NCBI RefSeq assembly: GCF_052425735.1
Contig: NC_135760.1
Location: 26,598,001 to 26,662,000 of the forward strand
Origin: Oculina patagonica
Taxonomy: Eukaryota
Direction: 5' to 3'
Length of the DNA stretch: 64,000 nt
The translations under genes were made by a program, and so were the position numbers. Under the pieces are notes generated by a model. It searched no databases. It had not been told where the DNA came from and was given only the letters and a program-made list of their open reading frames with translations. Numbering within the stretch: position 1 is the stretch's first letter; each line of letters opens with the position of its first letter. Shown in pieces: positions 12,500 to 25,235 of this stretch.

Positions 12500-15400
12500 G
12501 CCCTCAGCTAGAGCTTGTTCCACCTGATTGAAAATAGTTTCTTTGTATTTTGCGTGTTTGCGCGTTCGCAACCACTTCACATGGTTTTCCTGGCCATGGT
12601 AGCTGGCCACGAACTAAGCGCGCGCTAAGTACGCGGACTGACGTCATAGTTAGCGTGCGCTTTGTGGTGATTTTGACGTCAAAATGTGCAAAAAACTCTC
12701 AACGATCAAGCGCAGAAAATCATTTAATAGAAACTAAGTCAACACAAATAAAAGTATCTGCCAAAAGTCAAAACTGTTCAAGTGGCGGGTTTTCCGATCA
12801 ATTATAATTAAACTTAGGTGACCCAAAACCCCGGCACCAAATCATATACTTTTAATATTGCCAATAACAACAGAGATTTTAAGTAAATACATGCTCGCTT
12901 CATTCTTACCTCTGTCCTGATTTTCTTGCACTGTTACAGCAAAGTTAGCTATAAACAGGGAAAAAGGATAGCAAGACACCAGTGTATGGCATAGCGTTAC
13001 TTTGTAAACGTTCATATATGGTGACGTCTTCTTCAAGCTTTTTTCTCGCAGCGCTTCAAAACACGTCTGCTCGCAACAGCGATGTCTCTGCAAATGAAGG
13101 CTCGCGCGCTCAACGTTACAATTGAACTGTCTAAGCGCGCGCTTTTATTTGATTGGTTGGTCCGTCCTCTGTATTTCGTCAAGTTCAGTCGACATCAGTT
13201 CCCACAGAGTCTCCCGGATCTCGATCTCGACTACCTAACACTGGATAACGTGTACATTAAGCAACAACTAAGGATGTTGTTTGCGTCTTTCTAAGGCCAA
13301 TAAAAAAATAAGAAACGTTGTTCAGCATGAGATAGCGGAAAGTGCGGGATAAAAAGCAGGAAGATAGCCAGTCCGAAATTGAAATTTCCGAATTGCAAAC
13401 TAAATTTAAAATTGTCCCATAATGTAAAAGGATGTAATTTTGCATATCCTATTTTCAGACCAAAGAGGTTATTGTTGGTTATGGGGGTAGAATTGTGGGA
13501 AAAAGGGCAACATCAACCAACCAGCTTATTAATAAATGGAATACCCTTTTCTAGGGATACAAGCACTAAAACCTTATCGGTGGTATGTAACTTTATTAAT
13601 TTACCTCCAGTATAACCGGAATTATTATATAGTGAAGTGAAATGAAGCCCAAAGGTGTTGCTCTATTTCTGTTTTTATTTCTATTTTCTCATCGATCAGC
13701 CGACGTCAGGCCATATTTTGCAAGCCTTTGGGCGAGCAAAAGGCAACTGACAGGTAAAGCTAAATCACAAAATTAATGCACAGATCTCCGGCCGTGGGGA
13801 CTCCCATATGAAAGTGACTGGGATGCTCGTCGTCTTGCTTAGGGGTGTAAAATACGGAAACTGGTCGCACTTAGGGTGCTCAGGAAACGTTAAAAATTTT
13901 AACCGTCGAAGTCTCGTTTAGGATTGCACGTGAAAAATATATAACGGCGTCGTAGTGTGTTGTCGGTCTAGGCCAAACAAGCATGAAAAATGGTATCTTT
14001 TATAGTGTCAAAGAACTTGAGAAACCTTGGGACCCCGTAGGGCTTAAGGGACGGACCATTATTTTTTTGGAGGGGGGGGGGGGGGATTAAAAATATTGAA
14101 AAAAATTGTTTGCAGGGCAGGAAAGACAAAATAAATTGTTTGCAAAAACGATATGTATAACAAAAAATAGTAAGAATTTCGAAAAAAAATGTTTGCAGAG
14201 GTGCATAAACTAAAAAAAAAAGTTTGCAGAGGAAACTTTTTCATCCTCCCACCCTCCAAGAAAATAATGGTCTGTCCCCCGCCGGGGTACACATGAATTT
14301 GAATGAATGTTTAAAGAAATGGTAGAACATTTAGAAGAAAGGAAATTATTTTTGGAACACCACCAGATAGTTAAACCACAAACAAGAGCAACCCAGATTG
14401 AGAAAAACTATTTCCTCAAAAACAAGTGTGTGCTTTTTTTATCCGTCAAATATTTTACATAAGGCGGCGGCTCATTTTGGGAGGCGTTTTCTCAGGCGTC
14501 AAATATTTTGAATCATTGCCGACTGAATTACTTGGACGCTCGAGAAAATTGAGGTCTCCCAATATAATAAGCAGCGTTATATAAAAATATTTGAAGAATA
14601 AAAAAGCTTACAATTTGCCTTCAAAAATATGCCCTGGTATCCGTCATTAGACATTATCTGTTCCTCGAAGATCACAGTTTTCTTACAACTTCCCTCTTGG
14701 AAAACTGTTCATATCGGTGCATATTTCCACACCAAATGGAGGCTATTGTTTCTTTATTTCCCAGCTTGGCTACATCGCGTGGCGTGTTTATACTAATCGA
14801 AATCTATTTGATCAAGAGAGTATGGATTACAAAGAGCTACATTCGCCAAGTTTACAAACCAACTTTCAAAATCAGGAGCTATTAAGCTTATTAGGGACAC
14901 TAAAATAATATTCAAAATTGAAAATAAAAGTAGTAGTATGTATTATGCTAAGGTAAATTTTAAGATTAACAATTGTGCTTGAATAGATTTAGGTTTAAAA
15001 TATAGAAAATCTAAAAATATCTAAAAATATTTCCATTTTAAAATCTAAAATGTAACAAAATCTAAAATCTTAAGCATTGATGCCTCTGAAATTCGCTCAT
15101 TCCTTCCTTCAGAACCATGCCTTAATTAGCTTTACCGTATTTGTGAACATCAATAATTGGAATTAAGTCTAAATGGCTTTTAATTTGTGTCATGCTTTAT
15201 TTCATGCAGTTGAAAAGAAAAATTTCTTACTCTCTCACCCATGTTATCGTTCAGCAACACATACACATTTGCATAATAACAACAATACTTTATTATGAAA
15301 GTTTACGAGGGCCGAAATTTAGGAAGATTACCGGCTTTGTTGGAGAGGCTTTGTTACTCCCGGATTGTTACCATGTATTTATCTACTTCATTAACTATCC

Positions 15401-17623
15401 TTAGCTTCCATTTATTCGACGGAGAACCCTTAGTTGGATAAATCCTCTATCTTCAGAGGGACTTGATGGGGAATCATATTCATATTGGGATTATAGTAGT
15501 TTTTACTGAAAATGCTATTTTATTGTCTTTGTTGCCTAGTCAGTGAGCGTCCATGCCATTTTTCAAAATTCTTTATGCTTGCAGTGGTTGTATGTGTGGT
15601 TGGTGCTACGTGTAGTTGTGTGTTCTGTGGTTTGTAAAGACGCGGATGTCCAACTGTTCGCGGTGGGTGAAGTCACTGAGAATCCCGCGTGGGAGTAGCA
15701 ATAATAATTCTCTCTTCCAAGCGACAACAAAAAAGTGACTGAAAATTGTCAAGGTTTGTTATAAGGAAAGCAAAATTATGATTTGATGGTTTTCCTTTCA
15801 ATTTTAATTGATACCGTGTTTAAGAGGAAATCCGCCAGGACTTCGAGTAGTTATTGGACAAAATTATGTACCAAAACTATTTGCACTTGATTGCAAGCTT
15901 TTGTGTTACTGCTTCAAATATCTTATCGAAAGAAATCTTTTCTAACAACACCAAACATCGAAAACCAATTTCGAAGTTCCACTAAATTCCCATGAATCGC
16001 TTAAAAGATGTGAGCTTTTGACCATAGCTTGTGAACTTTAAATATCATTTTCTCAGACTCTGATAAGAAATTGTTGTACCAGAATTATTTCCACCTTATT
16101 GCAAAGTTCCGCTGAATTCCACTGAATCGCTTAAGACGAATATACAAAATGGCTACACGTGAGATTTTGCCTATAGCTTGTGAACTTTGAAATTCATTTT
16201 CTCAGACTCTGATAAGAAATTGTTGTTGGTGTTATCACGGTTAATTACTTACATCTTTACCTTTTATTAAGGGTAGGAAATAACGCAATAGGATTTAAAT
16301 TATTCTGGTACTTGATTTTTGTCCAACTTTAATAAATATTACTCGACTTCCTAGTGGATTCCGTCTTAATACCTTTGTAGTACGGAGTAGTACTATGCAA
16401 GTTAATATTAAAACCAAGCCACAAGCCTAATGGTCATTCGATTCTGATTCTCAGTTCAGTTATAAAGCATCTTAAAACAGTTTCTGGCTTCAGTGTTTAA
16501 GATATCCTTTGATGATTATGAAAATCCTCTCTTAATCACGGCTTATAACAGGTATTTTATTCGCTGCTAGTTGAAGCAAGTTGTTCCAAATTCTTTTTCG
16601 CTTAAAATTCGATTTTCTCAGTAAGAAGTCGGGCGATTTTATCTGTGACTAATTCGAGTTCACAACCAAACTTGTATACAAATTAGTTTTATAGCAAGTT
16701 TATTCCTTTTTATCATAGATCGACATCAAAATAGCATTTTACTCCATTGTTTACAACTATCTGCCATTCATTAGCTTCTCAAGCTTTGTTTTGACTGTAC
16801 TGTCGTACTTTCATCTTAATTCGGCTTATGGATTGTTTTGAGCTAATTACACACAAGACTCTTAATCTTGTTTTCGTAGCTTACATTCAAATTCCATAAG
16901 GCCTTAACGGAGGCTACTCTCGAACTGAGCCAGTATGCAAACAATTTGTAGGAACTATCACACTAGGGGGGGGGGGGGAATATTTGGCACGATATACGTA
17001 TATAGTGGAGAAAACCCCGTTGATTTTGGAACATGGTGTTAGCCCCCATTGAGCAGGACTCACGTAGAAGGACGCAAACAAGGTCTTAACGAATACAGTA
17101 TGCAATATGCCAACAGCTGCGTACGTACCGAAAGGTGTATAACGCTGCCACTAGAAATTTTTCAGACCTATTTATTGAACTCGGTGCGCCCAGCAAAATT
17201 AATGGCGAAGACCAGAAAAGTAACTCAGTAAAATTAAAATTATTTATTAACTGAGGCTTTGTGGTTGATGCTCTCATTCTGATACTAGAAAACAAGCTCA
17301 AAAACACACCTTACGTTAACATGAACTATATGTGAGCACATTCGAGAATATTCCTTCACCTTATATGCTACTCACGAAGTTGGTAGAGTAATTCGAGCAT
17401 AAGAAACTCTGTGGAAAATTTCTACAACATTACATGTGACATGACATGATTTTTGGGTGCAATCCGTTTTAATTATAATCGACTTTGATTTAGTACAAAT
17501 CAATATTTAGTTTTTTTTTCTTCGTCTTTTCTTTCTTGGAGAAATTAGCTATACAGCTATTTTTGCAAATCCGAGGTGAAATAAGGGTGATGTGATATGA
17601 TAAAAAAGCTATAAACTAAAGGC
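12500..17623 (+). repeat. Segmental duplication copy 1 (3' flank of DOMON gene)
   Basis: Colinear with 38683-43555. More diverged in the first ~800 bp, near-identical from about 13.3 kb onward. Confidence 0.93.
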
Positions 17624-17647
17624 TTGAACTTTTCGTTTCTGTTACAG

Positions 17648-20023
17648 GCCGGCAATCAGTTCCATGTAATTTGGGCGTATGGCGGTAATGACATCAGAAG
17701 CGATAGCGACTTCGATCGACATTCTAAAAGGGGGTTTAGTGACAAAATGACAGTTCCTAACATTCCTACTCCGACACCAGGTGAGTTAATGCCGCATGAA
17801 GGAATACGAAACCCACATAAAACTCGCTGAGCGAACTAAAAACAATCCTAAATTTTATTTTGCAAAATATTGAACAAAAAAAGTGCCAAGTACAAGGTAC
17901 TTTTCAATAGCTTTCGTTTGAACGGCCACTTCGTTGGGTTTTTACCCACAAATTAAAATCTAGAGCAAGAATAATGGATACAAAGTGTTACACGAAGGTG
18001 TACTACAAAAGGGATTTGTCTCTTTCTATCTTCGGCATTGTCTAACTGGTATTTCAGTTTCCCTCTGGGGTAAGGGCTTTGCAAAGCTCTCGTATTCCTA
18101 AATTTGAGATCCACTGAGAACATTAAAAGATCTTTTGCTAGTTAATGACATTAAAAATTGCAAAAAAAGTTAAAAACTGTCATTATTCTGTTGGGCTAAG
18201 AAAAAATAAGAAAAAAAAAAGCTTGACTTAAAAATTGACTTAACTTTCAGGCATTGCCTCATTCACTGTGGAGCTCTAGCCTTACTTCGGAAGCCCCCTT
18301 TTATATTGTGCGTTCGTGCAGGCGTGTTTAAATTAGGACTTAACCATTGAACATTTGGCAAATTGTTACTGTCATTATTTTAGCTAGCTTTCGGTCGGCT
18401 GGGAGGGAGGATGGGGAGAGGCAGGGGGCAAAGATGGAAGAGAGAAAGGGATTGATGCATTCGTGTACATGCATGAAAGCGTGGAATTGGACATTGATAG
18501 ATGATTGAAGCAATTATTAAGACAGAAGGGAAGGAAAGAATGATTCAAATGAATACTAAACGTAATTTATTTGTGCATCTTTCCACAGTTACAACACAGT
18601 TCACTCATTCTTTTAATAATGGTGGTGGATTTAAAGATGGACAGGGATATTTGAATGTAAGTTTCTTTTTTCAATAAGCATTGTTGCCTTAACAAACTAA
18701 GGGATTGTATTTTACTGTACGGATCTTGTCGCGCTCGGCCGTTGCTAAAGGACCTGGAGAGAAATATTTGTTTGAGATATTTTTGCCCCACCGGTTAGTC
18801 AATAAGTTCATACTAGCTTGTTTGTCAAAAATTAAGAAAACAAATTGTTGCCAAAATTTTCCCATATCCCAGACATTCCCAGTTGCACTGCTTTTTGTTT
18901 GTAATTCCCAGTACCAAGGGTTAAGATAGGAATTGGGATGGACAATTTTTCATCGCGAAAATGCATGTAATTTGGGTGACTGGGAAAGTCACCCAAATTA
19001 CATGCATTTTCGCGATGAAAAATTGTCCATCCCAATTCCCATTTTAACCCTTAATTCAGGCCCCTCGCGTAAGGTTCAAATTTCTTTCTAGATTTTTATC
19101 CATTTACTATAAATCACTTTTATTTCATCAGGACTATTACACTCAAGGACGTAATCAGCCACAACCTGACGCTAATCAGGATTACACACTGATATCTGCA
19201 TCGGAATCAGGTGGATACACAGAGCTGATGTTTGAGAGAAAACGCGATACCGGGGATAGCAACGACATACAGTTTGTCGTAAGTGTACGGGAATTCGCGA
19301 TTTTTTTTGGCCGGAAAACTAGCTTTGCTAACTGAGAACACTATAAAGGGACAAAAGCACAACTTTTGAAACTTGCTTAGAGTCCAAAATGGAACTGCGA
19401 TATCATTTGCGTTTATTAAGTGAGCAGGGACTTACCGACTACATAAGTTTTACCATAACAGCCACTGATACGCTTTAAAGATCCTGACAAATGACCAACA
19501 TTCTAACTCACAACTGACGGTGACAAAGATTGTGTCTCGACCTCTTTTCAAAAGCCAAGTAATAGCCATAACTTGTAGCTGGCAGTAGAGAAATGGTCCC
19601 ACCCCCTCCTGTATAAAAAGGTATCAACTCCCGTCCACGTTCCCTCTTTTGGGATTGGGGCCGGGGGGGGGGGTCTTCAAAGAAGAATCTTAGTAAAATT
19701 TGGATGATCTTATCGGCAGCTTAGCACGATATCATTTAAGTGCACTCCAGGACTGCGTAAATAAAATTTTTAAAATTAAATTTTCCTTTATTTTGTTACA
19801 GGTCGGAGGAGAGGTGTATATAATTTGGGCCTATGGCGTTAACGACATCGAAGACAACGGTAACTTTGTTCAACATTCTGCCATGGCCAGGGGGTGGAGT
19901 CAGGATAAAATTGTCATAGTCGGTGAAGCTCCTATCCCGACAAAGGCCGCCGCATCCTTACTGCATTCACGAATTAACGCAATTGTTGCTTTCACCATAG
20001 CACTACTAGCATTGATAATGTAA
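17648..20023 (+). CDS. Orphan DOMON 3' cassette (exons C, deleted A, B, terminal GPI/TM exon): alternative 3' end of the upstream gene, or a 5'-truncated pseudogene
   Basis: Exons 17648-17780, 18589-18656, 19132-19278, 19802-20023 (TAA) splice in frame with intact GT-AG sites. No signal-peptide exon found upstream. Tail KAAASLLHSRINAIVAFTIALLALIM. Confidence 0.65.
18929..19039. repeat. Perfect inverted repeat (53-bp arms, 5-nt loop)
   Basis: 18929-18981 is the exact reverse complement of 18987-19039. Confidence 0.9.
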
Positions 20024-20622
20024 ATCGTTAGCGAAGAGGAAGAATCCATTTCCAGTTTTCCATCAGTATCATAAGGACTAATCGTTTATTTGTAAACAAA
20101 CATTAACTAATAGCAAATACAAGGCTGGTAGACTCCGTAGCAGACCTCTGGTCGCTTACATTTCCCACTTAGCGCTAGAAGACCCAAACAAAAGCCGAGA
20201 ACTGACTAACTGAATTTATAGCCCGTAAATTATATTCATATAAGTAAAACCTCTATTTAGCAGTCACCCTTGGGAAATAGTCAATGATATGACCGCTTGA
20301 GAGACGTTGTCTGCTTAGTGGAGATGTCGCCTAAAATTTAGCATGTAACGTGGCAAAAATTGAACTGGAATGCGAAATTGATCGCATGATGTACATTTTA
20401 TTGGTCACAACAGTACGTAACGAAAACTATGATAAACAAAAATTAGGCAATGCCATGTTCAAGGAAGTCCATGCCTGGCTATCATGCAAACAAAAAATAA
20501 TTTATGATTGTCTATGATTCGGGACCGCGTAGCTTAATTTCAGTAATCGGACCGCTTAATAAAGAGGAAATGCAATGAAATTAGGCAATTAGGAGGTCCA
20601 AACGATGACCGCGCCTGCTTAA

Positions 20623-21429
20623 AGTGCTACTATGATGAAATTCGCATCTTTCCTATCAACGCCGTTTAAAAACATACACAGGCACTCTGTATGAGACAGA
20701 AAACACCGTTTACCATTTTCAAATATCTCATTTCTTTCAAGAGATACTCAAGTTTTTAAAATATGCAAATTAGCGCAGTGGTGACGTCATTTACTCAACT
20801 AAATTTTGATTAAATATAAAGAAAGATATATCTCAACCAATTTTCCGATCGGAAATGTTTGATTCTTTGTAGTTGGACTCTGCCTTTTGTGTTCCACAAT
20901 ATTAGCCTAACAGTTTTGTTACCATGGCAACATTCTGGACTCCAGACCTCCCAGTGCTAAAGGCTTTTCTGGCCAATTTCGGCCTTCCATTTAAAAATTG
21001 GCCAACGATGCTTCACATACATGATCTGACAAGCACATGAATAGGTTAGGTAGACGTCTTGGCCTGCTTTCATTTTCCCAAGCTGAAAATTTCTAAAATA
21101 TTGAAAACAGATGGGGACTGGAAAAGAGTTAGTTGTCATGGTAACAAAAGATTTGTTATAACCGTAAGTGTATCACCTGTAGAACTATTAGTCTGCCAAG
21201 TTTCACTGGACTCTGCAACAAATTGACCAAGATAGCTCTTTTTTATACTAAAATTAATGTTAACTAAATGACGTCATCAGCAAACTAAATTGCATATTTT
21301 TACAATTTTTTAAAGCTTAATATCTTCGGAACTAAAACATACATTTGAAAACGGAAAAGGGCATTATAATTCTTTTGTGGAATTCTCTATGATACGCCTA
21401 AAATTTTAAGGGGTGATCATAGAAGCACT
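20623..21429. mobile_element. Kolobok-like non-autonomous DNA transposon
   Basis: TTAA|agtgctactatgat ... atcatagaagcact|taaa: AG..CT termini with a TTAA-like target site (right copy imperfect). Confidence 0.6.
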
Positions 21430-22494
21430 TAAATAGAACTTCGCACATCAAGGCATAACTTTCGGATATGCGTTTCTGGTTCGTGTGTATTTTTTTAAAA
21501 TAAAAAGTAAAATCTCTACTCTGTCTGTCTTGGTCATTTACAAAACTTAAGGGATGGGAATCAATAGAGTGCAGCCTCAACCATCTCTCCCCAGGCTTTG
21601 CCTTCTGCCTGTTTGTCACCTGGAGCTCAAGAGATCCTGGAGCGAGGTTGCCTGAACTGGTTGCCTTAGGTGGCTCCGTAGCGCACTCGCCCATGTCCGC
21701 GCACTCGCCCATGTCAAACTTTGCATCATAACTTTTTCATTTTTGACGCGATGGCTATAAAACTTTGGGAAAACTTCCGCTTGTTATTCGGAAATAATTG
21801 ATTTAATTCGATTTAACTGGAGAAAAATAGTTTTTGTGTTTTTGCGTTTCCAGTGTGACTACTCCAGCCAAGGCCTCCTGACAAAATTTTGTCCAAATTG
21901 TTAAATGAAAACCGAGGACATTAAAAGTAGATTTGCCACAAATTAACAATCTAGGCAAACTGCACACTACAGAAGCAATAAATTTATGACCTTTTGTTAT
22001 CGTTTAAACACTTAAGCTCTTTTGGTCAATTTGCAAAGAATTGCTTCAGTGGCCTTAGTTGGAGTAGTTATACTGTAGCTGTACCCCACTTTTTGGACAA
22101 AATTGCATCCAGTAGAAAACATTTCCTGATAAATTTTTGCTAAATTTCTGGAATAAGCTGATATTGACTTAATGCATAACATAACCATGTTTCAGGAAAA
22201 TTTTTGGAACAGAAGTGCGGAAATATTTAGGTCATGTAAATTCAACTCTAACATTCTACTGAAAGTTTCTATATAATTGACGCTCCTTGACGGAGCAAGC
22301 CACGAACCCAAATTTTTGTGAGAAGCCCCACGAGTGCTGGCTAAATCAGTAAACTAAAAATTAACAACATCACGGTCAACATGGTCAAGAAATACGGATT
22401 TCAAGGTTGTTTGCAGTTTTCCATTCATTTTTGTCCGCGGGATCTACACACAGATATGTGGAGAACGTACAATGCTTTACGTTGCTTAAAAATG

Positions 22495-23213
22495 AAAATC
22501 AAAGAGATCTATGACCTACTCGTGAATGCGTTAGATATATTTGAATCGTTCCTTTGAACAGTATAGTATCGATGGAAAATATTAATTATAGTGATTAATA
22601 ATATTAATCAACTTTATTTAAAGAGGGTGAACATGTAACAGGTCGCTTAGGTATAAGAATTACTTTTTTCATCATTTTAATTGCTCAGCAAACCGATGGC
22701 TCAGTGGTACTGCTCTGCGTCCTGAAGCGTGTGACCCGGGATCGACTCTCATACCCTGTGGCTAAAATTCTTTTTTTTTTCTTATTTTTTTTTCACTGAT
22801 ATTATATACATATCTGTCTTGTATAGAGTTTCGTTACTCTTTTACTGATTATCCTTTAATAAATCGTGCCGTGATTTAACCTTCCCAGTCTTAATAACAC
22901 ATACATAAAGTCACTGGTCATCGTTTCCGAATGTTCGCGATTATTATATACGAAAAGGCAATATTTCATCGTTTGGGAAACGATTGTTTCTCATTCACAG
23001 GTTGAAGTATTTTCTACACTTATTTCTTTGAAATAATACCTTTGTAAAGCTGTATTTTTATCCACAGCCGAGGGAAACGAAATTTAGAAAGCGCCCGTGA
23101 GCATACCTAATTTGCATAATGTTAACAACGATGGAAGGAAGGACGGATGGACGGATGGACGGATGGCTCAAGTTCCCCACTATACTCGTTCATTATGCAT
23201 TCACGAGTAAAAA
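22495..23213 (-). mobile_element. Helentron-associated (HINE/DINE-1-like) non-autonomous element
   Basis: Subterminal inverted repeat tactcgtgaatgc (22517-22529) / gcattcacgagta (23197-23209), terminal hairpin tatactcgtt..acgagta, (GGAT/GGAC)n microsatellite at about 23138-23166, weak hairpin beyond the other subTIR. Confidence 0.6.
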
Positions 23214-23528
23214 GGGACCTTCAGATTGGACTACGAGTACGAAATTGAGTACGAGTACGAGTTTTTAAACCAAATTCGTGTGCCTCCTGTTATCACTTAT
23301 CGCACCAATCTTATCCCTAACGTTTATTTATATGTTTGTCAGCAACAGGGAAGAGTTATAGTTTGGGGGATACAATTGGTCGATCTTAAGACGGTTTGTT
23401 GAGGACAAACGACGAGGTGTGTACAGGGAGTCATAGTGTTCCTTTAGGGGGGTGAATAAAAACATAGCCGATGCCAGAAGTATATAATCTAACTAGATTA
23501 TGTACTTCTGCCGATGCTTGATAGGGGA

Positions 23529-25235
23529 TCAGGTAATATAGGCTGGGTCCAAATCAACAACCTCCACCTCCCCTAGGCGATAAGAATAGATTGGTTTCCT
23601 CCAGCCAGTCCAGCCGCATTCTTTAAGGTGGGTTCCCCAAGCAGACCACTGCAAGTTGAAAACAAAGAGTCTCCATTAGTCAGGTGTCGCCAGTTCCACC
23701 AATCACCGTGCACAGTTAAAAGATAATAAAATATCCGAGAAAAGCGTTAATTTACTTCCTACTAAATTAAAGACATTGCTACTCGACGGGAAAGTTGTCA
23801 GCTTTTAAAAAGGGAAAAACGACAGCAAGGCTAAACTCTACAAATGCTTTAAAGCTTGTTGTAATGAAAACCCGGCATAACACTCGTTTGTATTGATTAT
23901 TTTAAAATATCTCAATGGACGTTCGAATCTCGATACTAAAAAGAGGTAGTTCAAGTCATCAATGTTTCGATAACATCACTACAGAGGCCGCTATATATCT
24001 CACCTGACACTCAGAGCTGCAGTACCAGGCCGCCAGGCAACCAGAACACAGAAACGAGGCATCACGTTTGCAAACTGAACAGGGGTGCGGCATTCCATAG
24101 TCTTCCCACAGCCCAGCGCCACCTTTACTTCCATTTGCGTCCTTAACAGCTGAACAAACTTTGCTTGCTTTGAATTTCCGGCGCGGGTTATTTAAAACTG
24201 GTTTTTGAATGTTCTTGTTGTTTTTTGGTTTCTTGCGTTTCTTTTTCTCAATTTTCTTGCGGGACACTGGCGCTGCACCCTCGGGCTCGCTGAGTTCATC
24301 AGCATCCGACATGCCTTCGATGCCTGAATGTTCCGATTCGTTGGCGACATTCTCCGAGCGACAAAGCGACATCAAAACCCTATGTGAATTGTTCTGGGAA
24401 GTTCCTTTCTCTTGGATTCCAGAAGTTGGAACTTCTTTCACTTTAGTTTTGCTTTCAGAGATTTCCACACTGCAAGATGCTTGCTTGTTTTTAGTCTCTT
24501 TTTCTAAACATTCTTTATCGCTTTCTTCTGCCGACCGTGTACCGCTGACTTCATGATCGTACGCACGATGGTTCCAAGAATCTGTGTTCTTGTTTTCAGT
24601 GTTATTAGCACCGTTTATTTCATCCAAAACGGAAGAAACTTCATGAGTTCCCTGCAGCTTGAAATCATTGCTGTGTTGACTGGAATGCTCGCACTGCATG
24701 TCTGACTCTTCCAACCAGCGCGCAACTTTCGAGCTTTTGACACTGCTGTGATCGTCATCCATTTCAACAATTGCCCTGCCCGTTTTAAGACTTTCTTTCC
24801 TGCTAAGTAATCGCTTTTGTCGCGCTAAATCCTGCGTTAATCTTTGTTTTTCCCGCGGCGCGTCACGCCTTTGAGAAAGAACTTTAGCAGCTTTATTCTC
24901 ATCTATTTGTTGATATCTCTTACTTCCCGGATCTCTGACCGGGGATAATTTTCTCTCGTCGGATTCTTCCGCAAGTCTTGTGTTCCGCACAGGAGAGTCA
25001 TAGCGCCCCGAATGGCGTAGAACCTCGCTGCTATGTCTCTGATAACGGTGTGCGCTTTTGCGCTGCTGGCTGGCATCGAATTCTGAGTTTCGATCAGGAT
25101 ACTGATCCCTCTCCCGAACACCCGGGCGAACCGCGGGCCTACTGGTCCCTCGTCCACGTTTATCGCCAGCTGATTTTGATCGGTGGCTGAACGTGGGCCT
25201 TCCTCGTGGTTTATGTATTCGCAGGCTACAGCCAT
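23529..25235 (-). CDS. MYND-type zinc finger protein with a long disordered N-terminus; start region appears frameshifted by 1 nt
   Basis: Open frame 25236-24004, donor CAG|GTGAG, then exon 23648-23529 (acceptor ttttcaacttgcag). Splicing completes the MYND motif CSVCKRDASFLCSGCLAAWYCSSECQ|WSAWGTHLKEC. The ATG at 25235 is one base out of frame. Confidence 0.8.

Noticed and set aside
11600-12500. CpG-rich insertion absent from duplicate copy 2
   Set aside because: Probably a transposon fragment, but I could not define termini, TSD or coding similarity.
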